The notes beneath the pieces were generated by a model. That model worked only from the letters and a program-made list of their open reading frames with translations. It ran no database searches and was not told the origin of the DNA. This document shows, piece after piece, positions 1 to 9,715 of a stretch of DNA of 52,515 nt. Position 1 is the stretch's first letter. Each line of letters opens with the position of its first letter. Made by a program: the position numbers and the translations under genes. Source of the stretch: Candidatus Wolframiiraptor sinensis (lineage in GTDB: Archaea > Thermoproteota > Nitrososphaeria_A > Caldarchaeales > Wolframiiraptoraceae); NCBI GenBank assembly GCA_023261815.1, contig JALNKA010000005.1:1-52515 (forward strand), read 5' to 3'.

Positions 1-2
1 TC

Positions 3-167
3 ACGGACACAAAGAAAACAGCTCACGCGCCCACACCCCCATACGCTATAATAGTCAAGCCGAGACGGAATCTGGAGATAAAGTATCCATGCGAGGTCAG
101 GATGGAGGATGGAGCGATAATAGTGATTGATAGGGAGAGGGCTGAGAGGGTGGCTGAGGAGAGATGA
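3..167 (+). CDS. 3' end of a hypothetical protein, truncated by the window start (...KYPCEVRMEDGAIIVIDRERAERVAEER*)
   Basis: Open frame from position 3 to TGA at 165-167. The stop overlaps an ATG (ATGA) of a 37-aa ORF. No recognisable motif. Confidence 0.4.
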   Translation, partial: TDTKKTAHAPTPPYAIIVKPRRNLEIKYPCEVRMEDGAIIVIDRERAERVAEER

Positions 168-205
168 AGCTAGGCGATCTGATGCTATTGCTGGTTGGGA
201 TGATC

Positions 206-290
206 GAGGATGATCTGTTGGATGTCATAGTGTTAGGAGGGCTTTCACGCCTATTATCCTGCCCTCGGAGTCCCTGACCGCTGAGAATGA
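206..290. repeat. Dispersed repeat copy A (partner at 36729-36830)
   Basis: 219-290 vs 36758-36830 differ by 5 substitutions and 1 indel by manual alignment. Similarity continues to gaggatgatctgttggat (from 206) vs gaggattatctgtggat (from 36729). Confidence 0.9.
225..290 (-). pseudogene. C-terminal fragment of a small virus/MGE-type protein (FSAVRDSEGRIIGVKALLTL*)
   Basis: Minus-strand translation gives VRDxEGRIIGxKAL, the end of the same gene that is decayed at 36764-37056. The rest of the gene is absent here. Confidence 0.6.
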
Positions 291-310
291 TCTCTTTAAA
301 TCTCTTTAAA
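291..310. repeat. Perfect 10-bp tandem duplication TCTCTTTAAA x2
   Basis: Seen directly. It starts exactly where homology to copy B stops. Confidence 0.85.
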
Positions 311-381
311 AACAGTAATACATACTTAGGGGTTAATAGATTTTAGGAGGCCGGCTTCTTCACGTCTGGAGGATAGCTTAG

Positions 382-693
382 ATGAGGGTGGCGGCCATAG
401 GCGATAAAAGCTTCACGGCCTTCTGGAGGCTCATCGGGGCCGAGGCCCTCGAAGCGGGCTCGGATGACGAGGTTCGAGAACATCTAGCTAAGGCCTTCAA
501 GTCCAGAGAGTACTCCGCTCTCATAATCTCTGAGAGCCTTCTCGATCACGTTAATGAGGTGAGGTCGGAGCTCCACGCGGAGGAGCAGATTGAGCCCGTG
601 ATCATATTCGTTCCAGAGCCCGGCTTGGGAAGAAGGGCGGCGGATCTAAGGAGGAAGATAAGCCTGGCCATCGGAATCGAGGCCCAGTTATAG
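382..693 (+). CDS. atpF: A/V-type ATP synthase subunit F
   Basis: MRVAAIGD...IG N-terminus, LRRKISLAIG C-terminus, 103 aa, first gene of the ATPase operon. Confidence 0.9.
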   Translation: MRVAAIGDKSFTAFWRLIGAEALEAGSDDEVREHLAKAFKSREYSALIISESLLDHVNEVRSELHAEEQIEPVIIFVPEPGLGRRAADLRRKISLAIGIEAQL

Positions 694-706
694 GAGGTGA
701 ATCGAG

Positions 707-1006
707 GTGAGCATAGCGTCGATCCTGCTCGAGGAGAAGAAGGCGATGATGTACGTGGAGGAGGCCAGGAAAAGGGCTCAGGAGATAATTCAAAGGGCGA
801 GAGCTGAGGCAGAGAGAATCCTGAGAGGGTCGTCCGACGCCGAGGCTATGCGCATGGAGCTTCGCAGATATGAGGAGAGCTTAAAAGAGGAGGCTGAGAG
901 AATTCTGAGCGAGTATAGGGCTAGAGCTGAGAGAATTAGAGCGATTCCCGAGGAGCTGATTGAGAAGGCCGCCGACCTCGTGGTCAGGGAGGTTCTGGGC
1001 TCATGA
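707..1006 (+). CDS. atpH: A/V-type ATP synthase peripheral stalk subunit H (G-like)
   Basis: 99-aa charged coiled coil (EEARKRAQEIIQRARAEAERIL). GTG start after GGAGGTGA. Lies between F and E. Confidence 0.75.
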   Translation: MSIASILLEEKKAMMYVEEARKRAQEIIQRARAEAERILRGSSDAEAMRMELRRYEESLKEEAERILSEYRARAERIRAIPEELIEKAADLVVREVLGS

Positions 1007-1608
1007 GCTCAGAGCAGCTTGAAGCCTTGAAGGAGGAGATCTGGAGAAGGGCTAGGGAGAGGGCGGAGAGGATCTTGAAGGAGGCGGAGATGGAGGCTGA
1101 GGGAATACTCGAGGAGGCCAGGAAAAGGGTTGAGGAATCGCTTAGAAGCAGCCTCGAATCCGAGAAGACCCTGCTAAGGCGGAGAATGCTCGGTAGAGCG
1201 CTGAGTGAGGGGAGAAGGATGCTGATCATGGCGAAGAGCGAGGTTGTTGAAAAGGTCTTCGCGAGAGCTCTCGAGAAGCTGAGAAGCGAGGCGGAGTCGA
1301 AGTCCGAGGCCTATAGAAGCTTCCTCCGCAGAAGCTTGGAGCAAGCCCTCGACCACGTCTCAGGCCCGGATGTGGATGAGGTAATAGTATACGCGAACGA
1401 ATCGGACTTGGATCTTATCGCGAGCATGATCGAGAATGCTCCGGTGAGTATGAGGCTCGAGAGGGCGTCGATGATAGGCGGGCTGAACGCCTCGGATGCG
1501 GGCGGCCAGAGGATTTACTATAGCTCAATTGAGAGCAGGCTTGAGGCACTTAAACCGATTCTCCGGGAGAAGATCGCGGCGATGCTGTTCAGGGGGGTTG
1601 GCGCCTGA
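1003..1608 (+). CDS. atpE: A/V-type ATP synthase subunit E
   Basis: N-terminal coiled coil, C-terminal IGG motif, ends IAAMLF; operon position. Confidence 0.9.
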   Translation: MSSEQLEALKEEIWRRARERAERILKEAEMEAEGILEEARKRVEESLRSSLESEKTLLRRRMLGRALSEGRRMLIMAKSEVVEKVFARALEKLRSEAESKSEAYRSFLRRSLEQALDHVSGPDVDEVIVYANESDLDLIASMIENAPVSMRLERASMIGGLNASDAGGQRIYYSSIESRLEALKPILREKIAAMLFRGVGA

Positions 1609-3392
1609 TGAGCCAGCAAGTAGGCGTGATAAAGAGGATTAACGGGTCCCTCGTAGTGGCTGAGGGCCTCAAGGGCGCGAGAACGGGCGACGCGGTATAC
1701 ATCGGCGAGCTCAAGCTGATCGGCGAAGTCGTGAGAATCTCGGGCGACTTGGTGGCGCTCCAGTGCTATGAGGATACGAGCGGGCTGAGACCGGGCGAGC
1801 CGGTATTCGGGACAGGGGCGCCGTTGCTGGCGGAGCTCGGGCCCGGGTTGATCGGCGAGATCTTCGATGGGCTCGAGAGATCTGAGATAGAGCTCTGGAA
1901 GCTCGCTGGCCCCTTCATAAGAAGGGGCGTGAGAGTAGCTCCGTTGAGGAGGGATAGGAAGTGGAGGTTCGAGCCGAGGGTCAAACCCGGCGAAGAAGTC
2001 GAGGAGGGGGACGTGATCGGCGTCGTCCAAGAGTCCTCCGTGATCGAGCATAGAATCTTAGTCCCAGTCGGCTTTCGAGGGGTTATAGAGAGCATCGAGG
2101 AGGGCTCATTCACGGTTGACGACGTAGTCGCGGTGCTCGCCGCGCCGAGTGGCGAGAAGATCCCACTCAAGCTAGTCCAGTATTGGCCCGTCAGAATCCC
2201 GAGGCCATATCGGGAGAGGATACCGATCGATAGGCCGCTGATAACCGGGCAGAGGGTGATTGATACGTTCTTCCCGGTCGCGGAGGGCGGGACCGCAGCG
2301 ATTCCCGGGGGCTTTGGAAGCGGCAAGACCATAACGCTCCAGCAGATAGCGAAGTGGTCTGACGCGGATGTCGTGATATATGTTGGATGCGGCGAGCGGG
2401 GGAACGAGATGGCGGATATACTGACGCATTTCCCGGAGCTGGAGGACCCGAGGACCGGCAAGAAGCTGATCGAGCGCGCAATCTTCATCGCGAACGTCAG
2501 CAATCTCCCGGTCGCCGCGAGGGAGGCAAGCGTCTACATGGGCGTAACCATGGCCGAGTACTTCAGGGATCAGGGATATGATGTCGCCGTGATAATAGAT
2601 TCGACCTCGAGATGGGCCGAGGCTCTCCGAGACATCTCGGGTAGGCTCGAGGAGATTCCGGCGGAGGAGGGCTACCCGGCGTATCTGAGCGAGCGCATCG
2701 CCGAGCTATATGAGAGGGCTGGAAGGGTCGTGGTCCTGGGAAAGGATAGAAGAGTGGGCTCGGTCACGATAATGGGAGCGGTCTCGCCTCCGGGCGGCGA
2801 CTTCAGCGAGCCCGTAACATCGACTACGATGAGGTTTGTTGGAGCGCTCTGGGCGCTCGATACGGAGCTTGCCTATAGGCGGCACTTCCCAGCGATAAAC
2901 TGGCTTAGAAGTTTCACGAGATACGTGGACGTCCTAGAGGGCTTCTGGGCGAGATTTGACCCGCAGTGGAAGACGTATAGAGAGAGGGCTCTCGCGATAC
3001 TCGAGGAGGCATCGAGACTCGAGGAGATAGCCAGGGTTATAGGGGAGAAGGCTCTACCAAATGATCAGAGGCTCATCCTCCTCACGGCGGAGATAATCAG
3101 GGAGGGCTTTCTAGTCCAGAGCGCGTATCACAAAGTCGATACATTCTGTCCGCCTGAGAAGCAGGTTAAGCTCCTGAAAATCATGATAAACTTTCATGAG
3201 ATCGCCTCGGAGCTCGTCAAGCTCGGAATCCCAGTTGATAGAATCAGAAGCCTCAGAAGCGTCATGGAGCTGCTCAGGCTCAAGGAAAAGGAGTCGCTCG
3301 AGGAGATAGATGCCCTCTATGAGCACGCGAAAGAGGACTTGATGAGGCTTAGGGCGGAGTATGAGGCCGCAGGGGTGGCGCGTGGACCATGA
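1608..3392 (+). CDS. atpA: A/V-type ATP synthase catalytic subunit A
   Basis: Walker [42 protein letters not shown]. No intein. Confidence 0.98.
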   Translation: MSQQVGVIKRINGSLVVAEGLKGARTGDAVYIGELKLIGEVVRISGDLVALQCYEDTSGLRPGEPVFGTGAPLLAELGPGLIGEIFDGLERSEIELWKLAGPFIRRGVRVAPLRRDRKWRFEPRVKPGEEVEEGDVIGVVQESSVIEHRILVPVGFRGVIESIEEGSFTVDDVVAVLAAPSGEKIPLKLVQYWPVRIPRPYRERIPIDRPLITGQRVIDTFFPVAEGGTAAIPGGFGSGKTITLQQIAKWSDADVVIYVGCGERGNEMADILTHFPELEDPRTGKKLIERAIFIANVSNLPVAAREASVYMGVTMAEYFRDQGYDVAVIIDSTSRWAEALRDISGRLEEIPAEEGYPAYLSERIAELYERAGRVVVLGKDRRVGSVTIMGAVSPPGGDFSEPVTSTTMRFVGALWALDTELAYRRHFPAINWLRSFTRYVDVLEGFWARFDPQWKTYRERALAILEEASRLEEIARVIGEKALPNDQRLILLTAEIIREGFLVQSAYHKVDTFCPPEKQVKLLKIMINFHEIASELVKLGIPVDRIRSLRSVMELLRLKEKESLEEIDALYEHAKEDLMRLRAEYEAAGVARGP

Positions 3393-4789
3393 GCTTCTTG
3401 AGGGAGAAGGCGGGCCCAATCTACCGGACTGTTAGAGAGGTGAGGGGGCCACTTCTCGTCGTCGAGGGCGTCAAGGGAGCGCGCTATAACGAGCTCGTGG
3501 AGGTGAAGCTTGCCGATGGAACCGAGATAATTGGTACGGTCTTGGACGTCTCCGAGGATAGGGCGGTCGTCCAGGTCTTCGGCCAGACGGAGGGCCTGAG
3601 CCTGGACTCGGCCGTGAGATTCACGGGAGATGTGATGAAGATACCTCTCTCCGATGATCTGATAGGCAGGATCTTCAGCGGCAGCTTCCGCCCGCTCGAC
3701 GGCCTGCCCGAGCCCATAGGCTACGAGAGGAGAGAGATCTTCGTCTCTGTGATCAACCCCGCGGCGAGGGAGCCCCCAAGCGAATTCATCCAGACAGGGA
3801 TCTCCGTGATCGATGGCATGAACTCTCTCGTTCGCGGCCAGAAGCTCCCGATATTCTCCGAGGCCGGCCTACCGCATAACGTAATGGCTGCCCAGATCGC
3901 GAGGCAGTCTACCGTGCTGGGCCCCGAGGAGGAGTTCGCAGTAGTATTCTGCGCCATGGGGATAAAGTATGAGGAGTACGAGTACTTCAGGAGGGAGTTC
4001 GAGAAGACCGGCGCGCTCGATAGAGCAGTCATGATACTCAACTTGGCAAATGATCCCATCATAGAGAGGATAATCGCTCCGAGAATCGCCCTGACGATCG
4101 CCGAGTATCTAGCATTCGACCTGGACATGCACGTGCTCGCGATACTGACGGACATGACCGGATACTGCGAGGCCCTAAGATCGATCTCGATAGCTAGGGA
4201 GGAGGTTCCGGCGAGGAGGGGATACCCGGGATACATGTACAGCGACCTGGCCTCGATCTATGAGAGAACTGGGAAGATCAAGGGCAAGAAGGGCTCGATA
4301 ACCACAATGCCGATACTCACGATGCCCGGCGGAGATATAACTCACCCGATACCAGATCTGACGGGCTACATAACGGAGGGCCAGCTGATCCTGAGCCGTG
4401 AGCTTCATGGAAGGGGGATTTATCCCCCGGTGAACCCGCTCCCATCATTATCTAGGCTGATGAAGGATGGCGTCGGCCCCGGGAGAACTAGGGATGATCA
4501 CATAGAGGTCTCGAATCAGCTCTACATGGCGTACGCCGAGGGAATAAAGGCCAGGGATCTCGCGAGGATAATCGGGGAGCTGAGCCTCAGCGATAGGGAG
4601 AAGAGGTACCTGAGGTTCGCGGAGGAGTTTGAGAGGAAATTCATCAACCAGGGAGTATACGAGAATAGGCCAATAGAGAAGACGCTCGAGATAGCGTGGG
4701 ATCTGCTCGCGATGCTTCCGGAAGACGAGCTCGTGAGGATAAGCGAGGAGAACATCAGGAGATATCATCCGAGATACCGGTCGGCGTAG
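3389..4789 (+). CDS. atpB: A/V-type ATP synthase subunit B
   Basis: [43 protein letters not shown]. Confidence 0.98.
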   Translation: MSFLREKAGPIYRTVREVRGPLLVVEGVKGARYNELVEVKLADGTEIIGTVLDVSEDRAVVQVFGQTEGLSLDSAVRFTGDVMKIPLSDDLIGRIFSGSFRPLDGLPEPIGYERREIFVSVINPAAREPPSEFIQTGISVIDGMNSLVRGQKLPIFSEAGLPHNVMAAQIARQSTVLGPEEEFAVVFCAMGIKYEEYEYFRREFEKTGALDRAVMILNLANDPIIERIIAPRIALTIAEYLAFDLDMHVLAILTDMTGYCEALRSISIAREEVPARRGYPGYMYSDLASIYERTGKIKGKKGSITTMPILTMPGGDITHPIPDLTGYITEGQLILSRELHGRGIYPPVNPLPSLSRLMKDGVGPGRTRDDHIEVSNQLYMAYAEGIKARDLARIIGELSLSDREKRYLRFAEEFERKFINQGVYENRPIEKTLEIAWDLLAMLPEDELVRISEENIRRYHPRYRSA

Positions 4790-4793
4790 GACC

Positions 4794-5420
4794 ATGTCCC
4801 TGAGCATACGGTATACTCGCGGACTCCTCCTAGATCTCAGGCGGAGGCTATCCTTCGTCAGGAGCGCGCACGACCTCCTCGAGGTGAAGAGGGATCAGGA
4901 GATCAAGGAGATCTCGTCGGCGATCGAAAGGCTCCGCGAGCTGAGAGCGGCTCTCGAGAAGAAGATCGAGGATGTTCTCCGGGATCTGGCGATGCTTCAG
5001 GCGGCCTACGGCAGCCAGGAGCTGATCTCGGCCTCGAAGCTCATGCGAGATAAAATCGAGATCGAGGTGATTCCGAGGAATGTGATGGGCGTCAACGTCC
5101 CTGTGGTGAGGCTTGTGAAGCTCCCGGAGATCCGGGGAAAATATCCACCACATGTCGAGGGCCTCGCCGAGAAGGCTAGAGGCGTCTTCGAGGATCTTCT
5201 CCGCGTTGCGGAGCTCGAGGCATTCATAGAGCTCATCGCCGAGGATCTCAGGAGGACGAACATCAGGGTTAACGCCCTCGAGAAAGTGATCATCCCGGGC
5301 TACGAGAACATGATAAAGCGGATAAGCGACGTAGTTGAGCAGAGCGCTCTCGAGGACTTCATAAGAGTGAAGCTCGTGAAAAGGGCCTTGGAGAGGAGGA
5401 GGGAGGAGGAACGAGCCTAA
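4794..5420 (+). CDS. atpD: A/V-type ATP synthase subunit D
   Basis: LLEVKRD, NVMGVNVP, RVNALEKVIIP motifs. Confidence 0.95.
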   Translation: MSLSIRYTRGLLLDLRRRLSFVRSAHDLLEVKRDQEIKEISSAIERLRELRAALEKKIEDVLRDLAMLQAAYGSQELISASKLMRDKIEIEVIPRNVMGVNVPVVRLVKLPEIRGKYPPHVEGLAEKARGVFEDLLRVAELEAFIELIAEDLRRTNIRVNALEKVIIPGYENMIKRISDVVEQSALEDFIRVKLVKRALERRREEERA

Positions 5421-6403
5421 CATACCTGATATGCAGGGTCCACGGCTATGAGACCCGCCTCCTCAAGCCCGAGAAGCTGCAGGAGCTCATGTCCTCGAGC
5501 GCGCTCAACCAGTTCATCGAGGGATTAAGCGGAACAGCCTACGAGCATTATATCTCAGGCTCGAAGACGCTTGATGAGATAGAGCGCGGACTGGCCGAGG
5601 CGCTCGTTGACAGGCTCGCGGCGCTGCTCTCGCTAGCGGAAGGAGGAGCGAGAAGTTTTCTCAAGGCATATCTCGGGAAATATGAGACAATCAACCTCAC
5701 GTGGATTCTGAGGATGAAGATCGGCGAATCAACCGGAGAGGAGTTGGAGATGATCCTGCTCCCAACCGAGAAGCTCGGAGGCATAGAGCTGAAGCCCCTG
5801 CTCGAGGCGAGGGACCTCCAGGCCCTAAGAGATGCTATTCAGCGATCTGGGATGTATGAGCTTTCCAAGGATGCGGATGACCCATTACAGCTTGAAGCCG
5901 ACCTCTGGAGAAGCCATTACCGACGCGTCTTCAAGCTCGCCTCTAGGATTAGGATCAGCGATAGCAGGGAAGTCAGAGGCTTCTTAGGACTCGAGGTTGA
6001 TCTCGCGAACCTGAAGACCTGCATGCTGGCCTTATTAAGGGGCTGGGATCCCGAGAAAGTTAAGCAGCTTCTGATATTCAATCCAGCCGGAATTCCCTTG
6101 AAGAAGCTCCGGGAGGCGATTGAGGAGAGAGACCCTAAGGTGCTCGTGGAGCGCTTCAGGATGTTCAAGGGCTTTCTGGAAAAAGCGTTAGCGAGCGATG
6201 AATGGGCCCTGGAATTCGAGGGCCTCAGGATCATGAAGAGGTACGCGGACTCCCAGAGAATCAGCAAATTCATAAGCTTCTTCTACATCTTGAAGTACAT
6301 CTTGGAGCTGGAAGTGGAGTACAGGAATCTTAGGGCTATAGCAGTAGCGATTCGCCATAATCTGCCTCAGAGCCTCAGGAGGAGCTTGCTCATAATGGAT
6401 TAA
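5411..6403 (+). CDS. atpC: A/V-type ATP synthase subunit C (d); start probably ACG at 5411 (first ATG is 5489)
   Basis: C-subunit pattern YETINL, VDLANL, EVEYRNLRAI. The typical N-terminus YLICRVHGYETRLL lies upstream of ATG 5489, with no in-frame ATG/GTG/TTG before it. Confidence 0.85.
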   Translation, partial: TSLTYLICRVHGYETRLLKPEKLQELMSSSALNQFIEGLSGTAYEHYISGSKTLDEIERGLAEALVDRLAALLSLAEGGARSFLKAYLGKYETINLTWILRMKIGESTGEELEMILLPTEKLGGIELKPLLEARDLQALRDAIQRSGMYELSKDADDPLQLEADLWRSHYRRVFKLASRIRISDSREVRGFLGLEVDLANLKTCMLALLRGWDPEKVKQLLIFNPAGIPLKKLREAIEERDPKVLVERFRMFKGFLEKALASDEWALEFEGLRIMKRYADSQRISKFISFFYILKYILELEVEYRNLRAIAVAIRHNLPQSLRRSLLIMD

Positions 6404-6609
6404 CCCGGCTTAACGAATCTCATGAATAGCAAGCCCAGGAGTATCGGAAGCATCGTTCCCAAGAAGATCGCGAGCGGTATCGCGCGATGAAGGCTCGGCT
6501 CTCTAATAATGTATCCTATCCCGATCAGCTGCAAGATTACTAGTATCCCAAGGTATATGGCCAGGATCTTGAGGAATCTCGCTTTAACGCCCTCCATCGA
6601 GGGCCTCAC
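6400..6609 (-). CDS. Small two-TM membrane protein, hypothetical
   Basis: Two hydrophobic stretches in 69 aa, downstream of atpK. Confidence 0.6.
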   Translation of the reverse strand: MRPSMEGVKARFLKILAIYLGILVILQLIGIGYIIREPSLHRAIPLAIFLGTMLPILLGLLFMRFVKPG

Positions 6610-6662
6610 GTATTACATTATCTCCGGGGACGGAATAACCATATCGTCCACATGAAGCCGCG

Positions 6663-6992
6663 CTAGACGGTGGTTATCCATATCAGGATCGCTATCAGCA
6701 GGCCGTAGATAGCGATTCCCTCGGCGAGACCCACGAAGATGAGTGCCCTGCCCAATATCTCGGGCCTCTCGGCAGCGCTAGCTATGGTCGCGACAGATAC
6801 CTTGGCGACAGCATATGCCGCCGCCGCACTGCATATGCCGACGCTCAGCGCCATGGACAGAAACTTGGCGGTTTTCACCTGAGCGGCCTCGGATGTTAGG
6901 GCTGGCTGCTCGGCTGCCACGGATGCTATTAAGAGCGCTTGGAAAAGGAGAATCGCCAGGATCGGTAAAGCAAGTCTCGCAATAGATCTCAT
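6663..6992 (-). CDS. atpK: A/V-type ATP synthase proteolipid subunit K (c), single hairpin with signal-like N-terminal extension
   Basis: AERPE loop, GLAEGIAIYGL with the carrier Glu. Confidence 0.93.
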   Translation of the reverse strand: MRSIARLALPILAILLFQALLIASVAAEQPALTSEAAQVKTAKFLSMALSVGICSAAAAYAVAKVSVATIASAAERPEILGRALIFVGLAEGIAIYGLLIAILIWITTV

Positions 6993-7041
6993 GTCCCGTC
7001 TGCGGAAGCCGGCCCATCCAGTTAATTAACATTCCTTCTAT

Positions 7042-9537
7042 CTAGAGTCTCCAGGGCCTATATGGTGTGCCTGCTCCCTCGTAGAACTTGCTGTAGAACT
7101 CGTAGAAGAGAAGCCTCAGGGCCTGGATGGAGACGACGAGGAGCTCTATGCTGAGCGAGACGAGGTTTAGGAGTATTAGGCCCAATCCTATTCCCATGGC
7201 GGGGCTCGCGTGCATCATCTCGTGGACGACCATTGCCAGGGCCGCGTGGACTATCGCGAAGCCGGCGATCCTGGCATATGACAGCGTATTAGCGAGGAAT
7301 GCTGTTATGGCTTCCAAGAGGCTTCCCATGCCGAGCGCCATCTCCCCCTTCTCCAATATCGGCTTAAGGATCATCATGGCGAGTCCCCCCATCATCGCGA
7401 AGAAGGGCCAGCTCAGGAGCGCGCCCACGCCGAGGTCGGGGAACTCCAGCACTCCCGGTATAACCGTTATCCCGAGGAAGTGAAAGGCCGTTAGGGCGAA
7501 GCCTATGTAGGCGAGCAGCCCGGCGAGCCCGTGATGCGAGAAGATCGCTGAGATTATTTCGCCGTTTCTAAGCTCCTTCAGTGCCGACAGCGTTATGGCT
7601 AGGAGGATCTGGGCCATGCCGAAGAATATAGCCACCTTGAGAAGCCATATGATGCTGCTTGGATCGCCCAGCCAGCCCGGCCTAAGCCCGGGGAGAATTG
7701 GCTGAATCTCGATCAAGAAGAACTCGCCGAATAGCGCTCCGAAGAATGATGCCGAGAGCCCCATGCCTATCATGAGCCTCCCTATCTTCCCGGAGTCGAG
7801 CCCCAGAATCCTCCTACCCTTAAGAGCGTGAATGAAGAATAGGCCCATGCCGATTATCGCGAGCCCCTGGCCCAAATCCGGGAACATCAGGCCGAACATC
7901 ACCGTCCAGAGAACTCCCGAGATCATTGTCGGATCTATCTCGCGTCTATCAGGCCAGCCGTAGAGGGCGACGATGCTCTCGAAGACCTTGAAGATCCTCG
8001 GATTCCTAAGCTGGGTCGGCGCTTTCTCGCCCGGCTTAGGCTCCTCGAGGCGATAGGCCACGACTCCCTTGAGCTCCCTCCTCATCTCCTCAAGCTTCTC
8101 GGAGAGCCAGCCGGCGATATCCGCTGGAACCCATCCCTGAATAATCCTGAGATAATCTGTCTGGAGGCTTCCCATCAGAGCTTCCCCGAGCCTGAGATTG
8201 AGCTCGAGAGCCCCATGAATCTCCATGAGCTTGGGCGCCGCGCTCCTTCTAAGCTCCATGAGCTCCTCGAGAATCTCCTCTTCCTCGGCCTTCAAGGCCT
8301 TCAGCCTCTTGGAGACCTCCTCCAGCCCCTCGCTCGGTCTGCTCAGGAGCTCAGCCGAAGTATGTGTTACGCTCTCGAACCCGGATCCATGCAAAATCTC
8401 GTTAATCTCTGCGGCATGCTCCTTCAAGCATGTGACCGCGAGAAGAGCTCTTCCATCCTTCGCGGCGAGAGCCTCAATGAGCGCGAGTCTTCCCCTCAGA
8501 GCCTCCTCGAGCCTGCCAATATCATGCTCGCCAACTACTCCGATGAAGATTGCCAGGTTCTCGTAATGCCCGATCTCCGGTAGATTAACATCCGCCTCGC
8601 TCAGAAGGCTTAAGACGCTTCTAACCTTCTCGAGCTCCTCCCTCTCATGCCTGATCTGGTCAAGCCTTCTCCTGATCGAGTCGTATTTCTCGGAGATCTC
8701 GCCGAGAATCCTCTTAGCCTCATCGATGCTCATGTCTCCCGCGCCCTCAGCCCGCCCCTCAAGCGAGAGCTCCTCTCGCAGCCTAAGGATCTCGCCCTTC
8801 AAAGCGCTGAGAAGAGCATATTCGCCGCCCTCATCCACGGTCCAGAGCAGCTTACCCTTGACCTCCTCGAACTCCATCTCCAGCTCCGATATCCTCCTTT
8901 CTAGCTCGGGTAGCCTGATGTCGAGCTGTGAGAGCGCCTCATCACATCTCCTCGGCAGATAATCCGGGAACACGATCTCCTGGTGATAGATTTCTTCAAG
9001 CGCTTCGCGAGCTTCATCCACCCTATCCTTCAGGGCGACTACGTAGATTAGGGCCTCGTTTCCCGGAAGCTCCGCGTGCTTCACGACGGCGCCCAGCCCC
9101 TCGATCCTCGCGATGAGCTTTCCGAGAACCTCTTTAGGGATAGTGATAAGCAGCGTGGATAGCTCGGCGCCGGGCTCAGCCGGCGGAACCTCATCCTCTC
9201 CCATGGCTTTGATTCCGGGGATGATGTCCCTCAGGCGGCGGAGCTCCGCCCTCAAAGCGTAAAGCCTTCTAAGCTCATCCCTCACCTCAACATATCTCCT
9301 GAATATGCTCTCCTCCTCCAGCCCGGATCTGTAGAGGCCATGCCAGATTTCGGCGAGCTTCACGCATGCTTCCTCGAGCTCTTTAGCCCTCTCCAGCTCG
9401 ACCTCTAAAAGCTCCCTTGCCTCCCAGAGATTCAGTCTCCTGAAATGGACTACCCCGAGCTCGCCCAGCCTTCGGACAACGCGCCTCTCAAAATCCCTTA
9501 AAGTAATCAGCACAAGCTTTTTCGCCGGAACTATCAA
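7042..9537 (-). CDS. atpI: A/V-type ATP synthase subunit I (a), unusually long (831 aa)
   Basis: GWVP, PTQLRN, EIDPT, FGLMFPDLGQG, LSYARI (essential Arg), IQALRLLFYEFYSKFYEG. TTG start. Confidence 0.95.
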   Translation of the reverse strand: MIVPAKKLVLITLRDFERRVVRRLGELGVVHFRRLNLWEARELLEVELERAKELEEACVKLAEIWHGLYRSGLEEESIFRRYVEVRDELRRLYALRAELRRLRDIIPGIKAMGEDEVPPAEPGAELSTLLITIPKEVLGKLIARIEGLGAVVKHAELPGNEALIYVVALKDRVDEAREALEEIYHQEIVFPDYLPRRCDEALSQLDIRLPELERRISELEMEFEEVKGKLLWTVDEGGEYALLSALKGEILRLREELSLEGRAEGAGDMSIDEAKRILGEISEKYDSIRRRLDQIRHEREELEKVRSVLSLLSEADVNLPEIGHYENLAIFIGVVGEHDIGRLEEALRGRLALIEALAAKDGRALLAVTCLKEHAAEINEILHGSGFESVTHTSAELLSRPSEGLEEVSKRLKALKAEEEEILEELMELRRSAAPKLMEIHGALELNLRLGEALMGSLQTDYLRIIQGWVPADIAGWLSEKLEEMRRELKGVVAYRLEEPKPGEKAPTQLRNPRIFKVFESIVALYGWPDRREIDPTMISGVLWTVMFGLMFPDLGQGLAIIGMGLFFIHALKGRRILGLDSGKIGRLMIGMGLSASFFGALFGEFFLIEIQPILPGLRPGWLGDPSSIIWLLKVAIFFGMAQILLAITLSALKELRNGEIISAIFSHHGLAGLLAYIGFALTAFHFLGITVIPGVLEFPDLGVGALLSWPFFAMMGGLAMMILKPILEKGEMALGMGSLLEAITAFLANTLSYARIAGFAIVHAALAMVVHEMMHASPAMGIGLGLILLNLVSLSIELLVVSIQALRLLFYEFYSKFYEGAGTPYRPWRL

Positions 9538-9621
9538 CTCTTCCGCAAGCTAGGGGGCTAAATGGGAGAATTTAAAAATTAAAAAATGAAAAATATGTTA
9601 TGCGGCGCCGAGAATGATTTT

Positions 9622-9679
9622 GGGTCAGATGACCCTCTCCTCCTCACATCGAGGTCGGATGACAGGTGCTCATCATCCC
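9622..9679 (-). ncRNA. Box C/D sRNA 1
   Basis: Minus strand: GGG-ATGATGA(C)-gcacctgtcat-CCGA(D')-cctcgat-GTGAGGA(C')-ggagagggtcat-CTGA(D)-CCC, with a terminal GGG/CCC stem. Confidence 0.88.
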
Positions 9680-9700
9680 CGCTAATTGGATGCGATGACC

Positions 9701-9710
9701 GCTTATATAG
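9701..9710 (-). promoter_or_regulatory. TATA box for sRNA 1
   Basis: CTATATAAGC on the minus strand, about 25 nt upstream of the sRNA 5' end. Confidence 0.6.
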
Positions 9711-9715
9711 CGTTT

